From the NCBI RefSeq assembly GCF_009914755.1, contig NC_060930.1: a stretch of DNA of 64,000 nt, one strand, 5' to 3'. Under the pieces are notes generated by a model that searched no databases, was not told the origin of the DNA, and worked only from the letters and a program-made list of their open reading frames with translations. Origin of the DNA: the human T2T-CHM13v2.0 reference genome, Homo sapiens. The translations under genes and the position numbers were made by a program. Positions 1 through 14,699 of the stretch are shown here, in pieces. Each line of letters starts with the position of its first letter. The stretch's first letter is position 1.

Positions 1-282
1 GAACCTGTTTATCTTGTTTGAACTGTGTAATGTTGTCATCAGCTTTGTTTTTAATGTTTTTAAATGCTGTGATTCCATTATTTACTATTCAAGTTAAATT
101 AACAAATGTCATTTCTACTACCTTACAGGATGAGAATTTAGATGAATTTAGATGCATATTTATATGTAGCCAGAAGCATATTTCCCATCAAAACTGACTA
201 CAAAACTCATTTTCTAAATCTATGTCCTTCCCAAGAAGGTTAAACATAAATAATGCCTGATGCTATCCATCTTTGACAGGAC

Positions 283-635
283 AGGCCACTATAACAAAAA
301 TACTATAGTCTTGGTGGCTTAAACAAGAGACATTTATTTCTCACACATCTGGAAGCAGAGAAGTCCCAGGTCTAGGCTCCAGAAGAGTCTATATCTGGTG
401 AGGGCCTGCTTCCTGGCTTGTAGACAGCATCCTTTTTAACATATACTCATGTGGCCAAGACAGAAATAATTTCTCTCATATTTCTTTGTATAAAGGCACT
501 AATCCTATTCATGAAGGTGCCACTCTCACGACCTAATCACCTCCCACAGGCCCCACCTCTTAAAACCACCACAATGGGGATTAGGCTACAACATATGAAT
601 TTTGGGTGGGGGATACAAACATGCAGTCTATAGCA
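283..635 (-). mobile_element. MaLR solo LTR (MLT1A/MSTD-like)
   Basis: Reverse-orientation MLT1 motifs: 'ctataacaaaaatactatagtcttggtggcttaaacaagagacatttatttctcaca', 'tctggtgagggcctgcttcctgg', and end 'acaaacatgcagtctatagca'. Confidence 0.75.
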
Positions 636-1313
636 CTATCTATTAAGAAAGCTGTTTTAATTCTTTACTCTGAAAAATTTCAGTTTACCAAGTAATTAGG
701 AGAATTGTAAATAAATTCTAGAAGAAGAAATTGGAAAGCATAATGTCAAATCATGTAATATTTCACTTAAAACACCCTTAGTTCTATACAGGATTTATGT
801 AGCCACATTATGTCTAAGATACTTAACTATAGACCAGTAAGATCATGTGGATTTCGGATAGAGAGGTGCAAGACAAAAAAAAAAAAGTGCATAGCTGCAC
901 CTCTCCAGGTGTGCTCCAAGGTCACAGAAGCACAAAAGTCAAAACTGCATCTGAGGATCTATTCACAAAAGTCAATATAGCACTGCAGAGAGATCTGCAG
1001 GAGGTTGGCTTGTAACAAAACATTCAAAGCTCAAAGCCTGATCTCACGGTCACCCCAATTCCAGAAGTCTGAGCTGTCTTTATAGCTCAGATTGTAGTGA
1101 GAAGAAAAGCTATCCTAGAGTGATAATTAAAACTAAATTGAAATACTTTGTGAGTTCTTCTCTAAAAGAACTCTATTAAAACATCTATTACCAATGTAGA
1201 ATGCATTTGTATTTGCAGAAGTTAGTGGAGATGAGTCAAAGTGTCTATTCTACATGTATTTTACATCAGCAAGTTCAAAGAAATACAATGAATCTACTTT
1301 GTAGCCAGGCTTA

Positions 1314-1396
1314 TACACACATGCATGCAAAGATACACACACGCATAGATACACACACACATACATACACAAGTAAGTACACACACATACACATAC
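1314..1396. repeat. Degenerate (CA)n/(TACA)n microsatellite
   Basis: Directly visible acacac/atacac-rich tract. Confidence 0.8.
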
Positions 1397-3804
1397 TTGA
1401 ACTTAGATTTATTGCAGGAAAAAATGGAAAATCATTTTATAGTCAGCATATCGTTATTATTTCCAGAAATATGCATTAAATCACGGTCTAATGTAATCCA
1501 GAGTAATTTTAGTTGTTACCATTTCTGTTGTGTGTCTACTCTATACCTGGCATTTACATTATCCAAAGGCTACCATGCTAAGACTGTGCAGTTTTGGGAC
1601 TGTTCACAAGTGACCAGCCACAAAGGCAGGGAAACCTACATAGTCTAGCTAGGGTTATGCTCTTTACAGCAGGATGCATCTATCCCAAAGTGGTACCTTT
1701 TTCTAATTCATCCACCAAAAGAGGATGCTTTTTTTTTTTGCTAATCTGCACAAAATTGCTGCACATGCTAACAGTTGTGCTGGCATTATCTATTATTCCT
1801 GGCAACGAATCCTACAATGTAGATGTTATGAATTCCATGTAACCTAAAACATTCTGACATGGATTATTCTTTAAGTAGTCAAGTAAAACAATATGAGCCT
1901 ATCCCATCCTCCTAATTGTGAAAACTCAAGAGGCCTCAATATGTATTTGGATTCCGGTATTCAGCTGATGTGATAATCTCTTGGTTAGAATTTTGTGTAT
2001 TACTCTGGCTGTCTCTCCACCAGTCTTGTGACTACTATCATCTCACAACATCATATTGCTCCATAGGAAATCATGACCTTTTCATCTGAGTTACCTAAGG
2101 CAGTAAATCACACACAAGCTATTGGTAACAAACTTATCAAGGTCTCTGGATGAGGAAGATAAATTACAAAACACATCAGCAACTATTTAAAATCAAATAT
2201 CACACGTCATTTATTATTTTTATCACTTCCATAAGGGAGTTTTTAACCAGCTATGAGGTTCCACAGCCCTAGTCTGACACCAGAATTCCAAGACTCCATT
2301 TCTTCCAGCCAAATGTCTTTCTGAGCCTCCCCAAAACAACTCTACTGGGAACTAACATATTGCTCACCATTTCTTAGTTCTTTATTATGCAGAATTAAAT
2401 TCTTTTTTTCTCAACTTTTTTTCCCTAAGACTACATAGAGCTAATCTCTTATAACCTCGTTATTTTAGATTAAATTATCCATCATCCATGAAATGTAGTG
2501 TGACTTCAATTGTTATTTCTTCTCTAGATAGCAACCTTTTCTTTTCTGATGCATCATTTCTACAAATGAGAAAACTGAGACTGTGCAACTTACATAAGAT
2601 TACTCAGACTCCAAAGCCTACTCTCTTTTCATTAAACACCAATTTGAAAACAATTAGCACATAACAAGAAGAAATTCTGGACTTGAACAGAACCTTTATG
2701 CTAATAGGAGGAAATTATCATATGAGCTCCATTCATTCAACATAATAAATATCCTTGAGCACCAACAGTATAAGAGGGACAGATCCCTACAATTATGGAT
2801 TCATGTTCTACTAAAAGATACAAACATTGAACAAATAAATACACAAATAAATACATATATTGCAATTAGTACTAATTATTATGAAGGGAAAGGATGGGAT
2901 GCTATGAGCTAATAACAGAGAAGACATTTTAAAATGCAGCTAGTCTTTTCTATGCTCTTTGAAACATAAGGCAAAATTCTTTCCTAGATATTTTTAATAC
3001 CCTGGATAGTTTTTTAAAGCCCAGAAACTATATGAGCCCTATAGACATATTTAACTGCTACTCTAATTTCCTAATTAAGTTGTTCCTCTCTTTTCTGAAC
3101 CTGTCTCAAAACAAAATACAACATATAAGAATTAGTAAACAAATCCACAAGTAACAACTCTGTAGAAACCATCTATTTTCTCTTATCTCTACTCGCCAAG
3201 CTGGATACCTTGAGAATAAATCGCATAACGGAGCATCAAACTGAGATCATCTTTAGTGCATAATTGCATGCACTTGAAACAAGTTTTCCTATGAAGTTAA
3301 TATGTTTCCTTGATTAAACCCTTTTCTCACGATTGAATCTGTAACACTTAACACTTGGGTGAAGCCCAGGCCTTCTCCTCCATAGAGGAAGAATGGAAAT
3401 ATCAGATGGGAAGTCTTACTCTTTCGACCTCTAAACCTCAATGTATCTGCACCCAATTTCTCCTGCATTTTAATTGTTACAAAACACACGTCTTCGTACC
3501 TAAAGCCAAGCACTCTGTGCTCTGAATCTCTTCCCCTCAGCCTTCTCAGAAAACACATGCTATTTATTGTCCTTGCTCTCTTTTGCTATCTTTATCTCAT
3601 GTTTCCTACTAGATAAATAAAATAAACAAATAAACAAACAGAACAAAAACCCACCTCCAATCTACATCTCCCAACAGTTGCTTTTCCTACTCTATGCCTT
3701 CTCACGCAAACTTGTCATCAGGAAAGTCGTTAACTTCACTTCCTGACCCACCATTCACTCCAACTCTGCCCAACTGAGTTTCCACTTCTCTATTACACAG
3801 CTAG

Positions 3805-4203
3805 TTATGGAATGAAAGTTTGTGTCTCCACCAAATTCCTATATGGAAGCTCTAATCCTCAGTGTGGCTCTGTTTGGAGACGGTGTTCTTCCTAAAGAAG
3901 TAATTAAGGTTAAATAAAGTCGTAAGAGTAGAACCCTGATATAATAGGATTCATATTGCTAGAAGATACACAGGAGGGCTCCCTCTCTCACTCCATACAT
4001 GCAAACACAGAAGAAACACCACATGAGGACACAATAAAAAAGTGGCTGTCTGCCCGCTCAAAAGAAGGGCCACACCAGAAATTGAATCTGTTGGCATCTT
4101 GATCTGGGATTTCTATGGCCAAAATTATGAGAATATAAATTTCTGTTGTTTAAGCCACACACCCTGCGGTATTTTATTCTCACAGCCAGAGCCAACTAGT
4201 GCA
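3805..4203 (+). mobile_element. MaLR solo LTR (MLT1A/B-like)
   Basis: 'ttatggaatgaaagtttgtgtctccaccaaattcctatatggaagctctaatcc' ... 'ataaatttctgttgtttaagccacac' ... 'cacagccagagccaactagtgca'. Confidence 0.75.
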
Positions 4204-4377
4204 CAGTTCTTGAAAATGTCACTGAAACAACCATATCGCTAAATTGAATGGACATGAGCACAAAGGTTTTTGTCTGTAATATCTAGAGTTGGGGTAGAGA
4301 AGACTTTCTTAGAGAAGCAAATTTGAGCTGAAATGTTAAAGTTTAGTAGATAGTTTATTATATAAAAAGGTGGATAT

Positions 4378-4507
4378 AATGGATACATTGTAGTGAATTT
4401 ATACAATGGAACACCATATAACAATGAAATAGAACAGAGTACAACTGCATCAATAGTAATGAATCTCACAAGTATAATATTTGAATACAAAAATAAGAAA
4501 ATATGAA
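4378..4507 (+). repeat. 130-bp dispersed copy of 5831-5960
   Basis: Manual alignment shows about 8 mismatches and no gaps over 130 bp. Confidence 0.9.
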
Positions 4508-4539
4508 ATTTCATAATAAGAAAACTGTTTCATTGACAT

Positions 4540-4720
4540 TAATTTAACAAATACTTGTGAGTACCTACCACTGTACTAGGCACTAAGAATGCAGAAATGA
4601 ACAGAAGCAGCAAGTGCCTATTCTCATGGAGCTTACATTCTAGTAAGTGGGAGACTGACAATGAACATCAAACAAATGGACAAAAATAATGTCAGATAGT
4701 GGTAAGTGTGTGATGATAAT
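4540..4720 (-). mobile_element. L2 (LINE-2) 3' fragment
   Basis: 'atttaacaaatacttgtgagtacctaccactgtactaggcact...ctcatggagcttacattctagt' resembles the L2 3' end in reverse. Confidence 0.65.
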
Positions 4721-5649
4721 GGTGTTAGTCACTGAGTTTTCTCCCTTGGAACATTCCCTTTCTATATTTACCTAGCTGTTCTTCCGCATCTCTGGACGTT
4801 TTTTTTCTTAGGCACATGTGCTGGCCTGTGTTCCCCTAGACACAATATAGACATTGAAAATGCTCCAAACTTGATCTTGGGTATTAGGCATCTTCAAATA
4901 AGATATCATATTTATTTACTATATTACAAATAATACCCAATGTTACATCTTCAGCTGATACTCTTCCTTGGAGATGTACATACATCTGCATCTTCCCTTG
5001 AATGTCTTAAATACATCTTAATCTGGTTTTTTTTCCCCAAAAAAAAGCCTAAAGCATCCTAGAAAAATATCTCAGCCACCATGATCAATTAATTAACAGT
5101 TTAAATACTAAATACCTTTCAAAACATCTTTTCTCTTCAACCTTGATTGTTTTTTTACTAACCCTGCTAAAAATCCTCCTAGTCAGTTTCTATCTCCCCA
5201 CTTATAACCCCACTTCTGTGCCACGGCTTTTGTTTCAAATGAAAATACGATTATGAGTTATCCTATAAGCAACACATTTCCACTAGTTTAAATATAATGA
5301 GTAAAACTGTGAGAATATTTTAAGACTTGATAAAAGCCTTTAGAATCTTCTAAAATATGCTCTCATTTTTTGACCTCCTCACTCCCTAAACACCACACAC
5401 GTCTTTCATTTTCTCAAATGCATATACTCTGCCACCTCCAAGCTTTTCAACACGCTTTTTCTTCTGCTTGAGAAAAGATTTTTTCCAACCTTCTTATATA
5501 ATAAACTATCTACTTAACTTTAACATTTCAACCCAAATTTGCTTCTCTGAGAAAGTCTTCTCTACCCCAACTCTAGATATTATAGACAAAAACCTTCGTA
5601 CTCATTAAACTCACATCTTGAAAAACAGACAATAAACAAATCAAATAAA

Positions 5650-6250
5650 TAGAATATTAGAAATCCAGCAATTTTACTCCTGAATATACATAATAAACAG
5701 AAATATGTAATACCAAATACACGTATGGTAGTGTTTACACAAATATATAAGATCAAGTATCAAAAAAATACAGCAGCATTGATAGCAATATTATTGGCCC
5801 CACACTAGAAAAATTCCAAATGCTCATTAGAATGGATATATTGTCTTGAATTTATACAATGGAACACCACACAACAACGAAATTGAACAGAGTACAACTG
5901 CATCGATAGTAATGAATCTCACAAGTATAATATTTGAATACAAAAATAAGAAAATATGAATCTTATGTCTTATTTCACTTATATAGAGTTTAAAGGTAGA
6001 AAAAACCTAGTCTATAGTATTAGAAATCAGGATAGTGGTTACCACTGGCTGGCATGGCAGTGACTAGAAGGGGATAATTAAGATTTTGGGGTGGTAATAA
6101 TATTTTGTTAATTGTTCTGGGTTCTGATTATAAGTGTTGATTCACTTTGGTGTACGCATTGAGCTGTATATTTATAGATTGTGACTGTTATATTTATAGA
6201 TTGTGACTGTCATATGTATACGGTACTTCAAAAATTTTATTTAAAAATGT
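5650..6250 (+). mobile_element. Old L1M (L1ME-like) 3' fragment
   Basis: 'cagcaattttactcctgaatatac', 'tatacaatggaacacc', 'gtattagaaatcaggatagtggttacc' are typical L1M 3'-end motifs. Confidence 0.65.
6167..6210. repeat. Perfect 22-bp tandem duplication (TATATTTATAGATTGTGACTGT x2)
   Basis: Seen directly. Confidence 0.9.
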
Positions 6251-6299
6251 ATAATACATCATGCTGATTAAATGGAATGAAATGAAGCTAAAAATGAAG

Positions 6300-6585
6300 A
6301 CCAAAATGCCATAGGAGGAACATGGTTTGGCAGTACTGGTAACTATTTTAAATAGGATAATCAGAGAATGTCTCACTGAGAAGGTGACTTTTTAAGCAAA
6401 AATATTTAAATGAGGGAAAATGTCATGTGGATATCTGGGAGAGAGAGTTCTTAAAAGAAGAAAACCACATCCTTGAGATGTGAGTCAACCTAGCATTTTC
6501 AAGAAACAATAAGGAGGCCGGTATGGATGAATTTAATGATCAAGGGAGGAAGAGCACAGAATTAAGACAGAGAGGTAATGGGAAA
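6300..6585 (-). mobile_element. L2 fragment (resumes at ~13660-13820 after nested insertions)
   Basis: 'tttaaataggataatcagagaatgtctcactgagaaggtgacttt', 'catgtggatatctgggaga'; continuation 'ggattttctctaagtgagattgaaagctattgtaagattctgagcagagg'. Confidence 0.6.
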
Positions 6586-6780
6586 GTGTTAAAACCAACC
6601 TAATAGTCCCATAGACTGTTTCGTGGTTTTTTGTTTAGTTTTGTTTGTTTTTTTCCCCCCGATAAACATATAAATTGACCTTCTGATCTTAAAGCTTGAA
6701 ACTTACATTTGTTTTATCTGAGTTTCTTCCTCAGGAAAGGACCATCAGGCCTCTCAAAAAGTATTAAAGAACTGAAACTC

Positions 6781-7679
6781 GGAGCCAAGATGGCCGAATA
6801 GGAACAGCTCCAGTCTACAGCTCCAGGCGTGAGTGACGCAGAAGACTGGTGATTTCTGCATTTCCACCTGAGGTACCGGGTTCATCTCACTAGGGAGTGC
6901 CAGACAGTGGGCGCAGGTCAGTGAGTGCGCGCAGCATGCACGAGCCAAAGCACGGCGAGGCATTGCCTCACTTGGGAAGCACAAGGGGTCAGGGAGTTCC
7001 CTTTCTGAGTCAAAGAAAGGGGTGACGGACGCACCTGGAAAATCGGGTCACTCCCACCCGAATATTGCGCTTTTCGGACCAGCTTAAAAAACGGCGCACC
7101 ACGAGATTATATCCCGCACCTGGCTCGGAGGGTCCTATGCCCACGGAGTCTCGCTCATTGCTAGCACAGCAGTCTGAGATCAAACTGCAAGGCAGCAGCG
7201 AGCATGGGGGAGGGGCGCCCGCCATTGCCCAGGCTTCCTTAGGTAAACAAAGCAGCAGGAAGCTGGAACTCGGTGGAGCCCACCACAGCTCAAGGAGGCC
7301 TGCCTGCCTCTGTAGGCTCCACCTCTGGGGGCAGGGCACAGACAAACAAAAAGACAGCAGTAACCTCTGCAGACTTAAATGTCCCTGTCTGACAGCTTTG
7401 AAGAGAGCAGTGGTTCTCCCAGCACGCAGCTGGAGATCTGAGAACGGGCAGACTGCTTCCTCAAGTGGGTCCCTGAACCCTGACCCCTGAGCAGCCTAAC
7501 TGGGAGGCACCCCCCAGCAGGGGCACACTCACACCTCACACAGCAGGGTATTCCAACAGACCTGCAGCTGAGGGTCCTGTCTGCTAGAAGGAAAACTAAC
7601 AAACAGAAAGGACATCCACACCAAAAACCCATCTGTACATCACCATCATCAAAGACCAAAAGTAGATAAAACCACAAAG
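6781..7679 (+). promoter_or_regulatory. L1 5'UTR internal sense/antisense promoter with intact YY1 site (CAAGATGGCCG, 6786-6796)
   Basis: Canonical CpG-rich L1PA 5'UTR; the YY1 motif is visible. Confidence 0.8.
7010..7225 (-). CDS. ORF0: L1 ORF0, intact 71-aa antisense ORF
   Basis: ATG at 7225 to stop at 7010 encodes MAGAPPPCSLLPCSLISDCCASNERDSVGIGPSEPGAGYNLVVRRFLSWSEKRNIRVGVTRFSRCVRHPFL, matching primate L1 ORF0 in length and sequence. Confidence 0.85.
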   Translation of the reverse strand: MAGAPPPCSLLPCSLISDCCASNERDSVGIGPSEPGAGYNLVVRRFLSWSEKRNIRVGVTRFSRCVRHPFL

Positions 7680-8689
7680 ATGGGGAAAAAACAGAACAGA
7701 AAAACTGGAAACTCTAAAACGCAGAGCGCCTCTCCTCCTCCAAAGGAACGCAGTTCCTCACCAGCAACGGAACTAAGCTGGATGGAGAATGACTTTGACG
7801 AGCTGAGAGAAGAAGGCTTCAGACAATCAAATTACTCTGAGCTACGGGAGGACATTCAAACCAAAGGCAAAGAAGTTGAAAACTTTAAAAAAAATTTAGA
7901 ATGTATAACTAGAATAACCAATACAGAGAAGTGCTTAAAGGAGCTGATGGAGCTGAAAACCAAGGCTCGAGAACTATGTGAACAATGCAGAAGCCTCAGG
8001 AGCCGATGCGATCAACTGGAAGAAAGGGTATCAGCGATGGAAGATGAAATGAATGAAATGAAGTGAGAAGGGAAGGTTAGAGAAAAAAGAATAAAAAGAA
8101 ATGAGCAAAGCCTCCAAGAAATATGGGACTATGTGAAAAGACCAAATCTACGTCTGATTGGTGTACCTGAAAGTGATGGGGAGAATGGAACCAAGTTGGA
8201 AAACACTCTGCAGGATATTATCCAGGAGAACTTCCCCAATCTAGCAAGGCAGGCCAACTTTCAGATTCAGGAAATACAGAGAACGCCACAAAGATACTCC
8301 TCGAGAAGAGCAACTCCAAGACACATAATTGTCAGATTCACCAAAGTTGAAATGAAGGAAAAAATGTTAAGGGCAGCCAGAGAGAAAGGTCGGGTTACCC
8401 TCAAAGGGAAGCCCATCAGACTAACAGCGGATCTCTCGGCAGAAACCCTACAAGCCAGAAGAGAGTGGGGGCCAATATTCAACATTCTTAAAGAAAAGAA
8501 TTTTCAACCCAGAATTTCATATCCAGCCAAACTAAGCTTCATAAGTGAAGGAGAAATAAAATACTTTACAGACAAGCAAATGCTGAGAGATTTTGTCACC
8601 ACCAGGCCTGCCCTAAAAGAGCTCCTGAAGGAAGCGCTAAACATGGAAAGGACCGGTACCAGCTGCTGCAAAATCATGCCAAAATGTAA
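7680..8689 (+). pseudogene. ORF1: L1 ORF1p (RNA-binding chaperone), disrupted
   Basis: MGKKQNRKTGNSKTQSASPPPKER start; premature TGA at 8064-8066; 4-bp deletion/frameshift near 8652. Confidence 0.92.
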
Positions 8690-8737
8690 AGACAATCAAG
8701 ACTAGGAAGAAACTGCATCAACTAACGAGCAAAATAA

Positions 8738-12579
<3,842 letters not shown>

Positions 12580-13129
12580 ACAATGAGATCACATGGACAC
12601 AGGAAGGGGAATATCACACTCTGGGGACTGTGGTGGGGTGGGGGGAGGGGGGAGGGATAGCACTGGGAGATATACCTAATGCTAGATGACGAGTTATTGG
12701 GTCCAGCGCACCAGCATGGCACATGTATACATATGTAACTAACCTGCACAATGTGCACATGTACCCTAAAACTTAAAGTATAATTAAAAAAAAAAAAAAA
12801 AAAGAACTGAAACTCACCAGATCATCGCATCTAGACAATGAGTTACCAGGCCCCTTATTCATCATGATTTCTTCGTTACCCCTCCCAAATTTCTTCCCTG
12901 TTATATAAACCTGTCAGGTTTAGTCTGTCAGGAAGATGGATTTGAGACTGATCTCCCACCTCCTTGGCTTCAGCACCTGATTAAAGCCTTCTTCCTTGGC
13001 AATAATCATTGTCTCAGTGATTGGTTTTCTGTGTGGTGAGCAGCAGCACCTAGCCAGAACCCCTGGTGTTTCAGTAACAGTGAAACCAAAAATTTCAAGA
13101 CCTGTCCATCATTTAAAGGGTTTCAAATT

Positions 13130-13659
13130 TGTAGAAGTTAGTTCCAAAGTGAACCATCCTTCCCAGTAATCACATTTTTGTGAAGCTCCTCTCTGCATTG
13201 AACCTAGCCTGGCCCTGTGTAACTAGTAGTGTGGCATTCATTACTTAGTTATAGAAAATACTGCTTCTACCTGTGTCTCTTGGAATGCTCACTCTTGGAG
13301 AAGCTAACCACATGTAAGAAGTCTACCTTGAGATTTTCATATTCTGAGACAGTCCAAGCTAGCCAAGAGGAAAGCCACATGTTGGGAGAGAACATAGCCA
13401 GCCCTCAGCTGCTTTAGCTATCACAGCTAAGTCACCAGATCTGTAAATGAAGAAGTCACCTTGGATGTCCAGTTCCATAAACTCAGCAAGCCTTCTGAAT
13501 CCAGCCCTAGCTGCATTTGAATGCAATCACATGAAAGACTTTAAGTAAGAACCACATATCTGAATGCAGCCAATCCCAGAACCCTTGACATAATAAATTG
13601 TTATTTTGAGCCACTACGTTTTGGGGTGGTTTGTTACTCTGCAACACCTAATCAAAACA
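13130..13659 (+). mobile_element. MaLR solo LTR (MLT1F/G/H-like)
   Basis: 3' end 'taataaattgttattttgagccactacgttttggggtggtttgttactctgcaacacctaatcaaaaca'. Confidence 0.7.
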
Positions 13660-13829
13660 GGATTTTCTCTAAGTGAGATTGAAAGCTATTGTAAGATTCT
13701 GAGCAGAGGTATGACATGTGTTGAAGGATCACACATGTGTGGTGTGGTATGAAAAGACTATAAGAATTATTGGAGGGCAATGGTAGAAGTAGGAAGATTG
13801 CTTAAAATTCTGTTGCTGTCTTTGCACTT

Positions 13830-14038
13830 CTTATAACACTTACACAGTTCTAATAAAATAATTCATTTTGTAACTTTTTAATATATTTCTTTTTGCTAGA
13901 CTATAGCTTTATGAAAGGAGGGAGCATGCAGATTTTGTTCACTGGTAAATCTTCAGTGTCTGGGAGATGCCCAATAAGTATTTATTGAAAAAATATATGA
14001 CTATATGAATGACTAAATGATGGATGAGTGAATGAATG
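13830..14038 (+). mobile_element. L2 3' end
   Basis: 'gctagactatagctttatgaaagg...cccaataagtatttattgaa...tgaatgaatg' tail. Confidence 0.65.
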
Positions 14039-14699
14039 CTTTAGATGTCTAACTAAAGAAAGATTTCATTCCTGGATGTCTTCCTGGTTTTGGGTTTCTC
14101 TTTTCCTTTAGTCTGCTAATTTCCATTTCCATTTCCTTCAACTTAATGCCTGGTTTTAAAAATAATTTTCAATATATTTCCATGTACAAATAATGCATGG
14201 AAATGAGAATTCTCTCATCATTTACTGAAGATTTTGAATATAGAATAACATTAATATTTTTAGATCCAAATGCAGACATAATAGGAAATGAAACAAAATC
14301 ATGACTGCATTGAATATGTATTTCTTTCTTATGAACCATTCTAAAGCCTACAGAATACTAACATCTTTTCTTTACTACTTTTCAGAGTGAAATATTCTAA
14401 AAAATCAAAGGAAGGATCTCTTTGGAAAATTGCATAGGAGCAAAAATTGGTTTATTCTAACATTGCAGATAAAGAGAACACTACCAAAAGGACATAGACT
14501 AAAATAATTTTTAAAAAAAGAAAATTAAACGTCCATATATCCAACTCTCTATTAGTTTCAAGAATTATACACTTAACCACTATTTACTTAGTTTTGCCTT
14601 ATTTTAAATTATTTGTAAATGAATTATTTTACTATATATGATTGTATATTTCAGTACCTCCATATTTTTACCATAGGCCATTGTTTCATCCAAGCTCCA

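Noticed and set aside
6167-6210. Small tandem duplications (22-mer here; also ~134-153, ~14892-14919 and ~48455-48480) as a possible repeat-spacer array
   Set aside because: Only 2-3 adjacent units with no spacers; ordinary slippage duplications, not CRISPR-like.
451-6376. Short ORFs in the track (60-92 aa) outside L1/ERV coding regions, here and throughout the window
   Set aside because: They lie in LTRs, microsatellites or AT-rich DNA, often use non-ATG starts, and show no domain motifs or splice structure; expected by chance.
12623-12656. G-quadruplex-forming G-rich tract
   Set aside because: A standard, well-known part of the L1 3'UTR.
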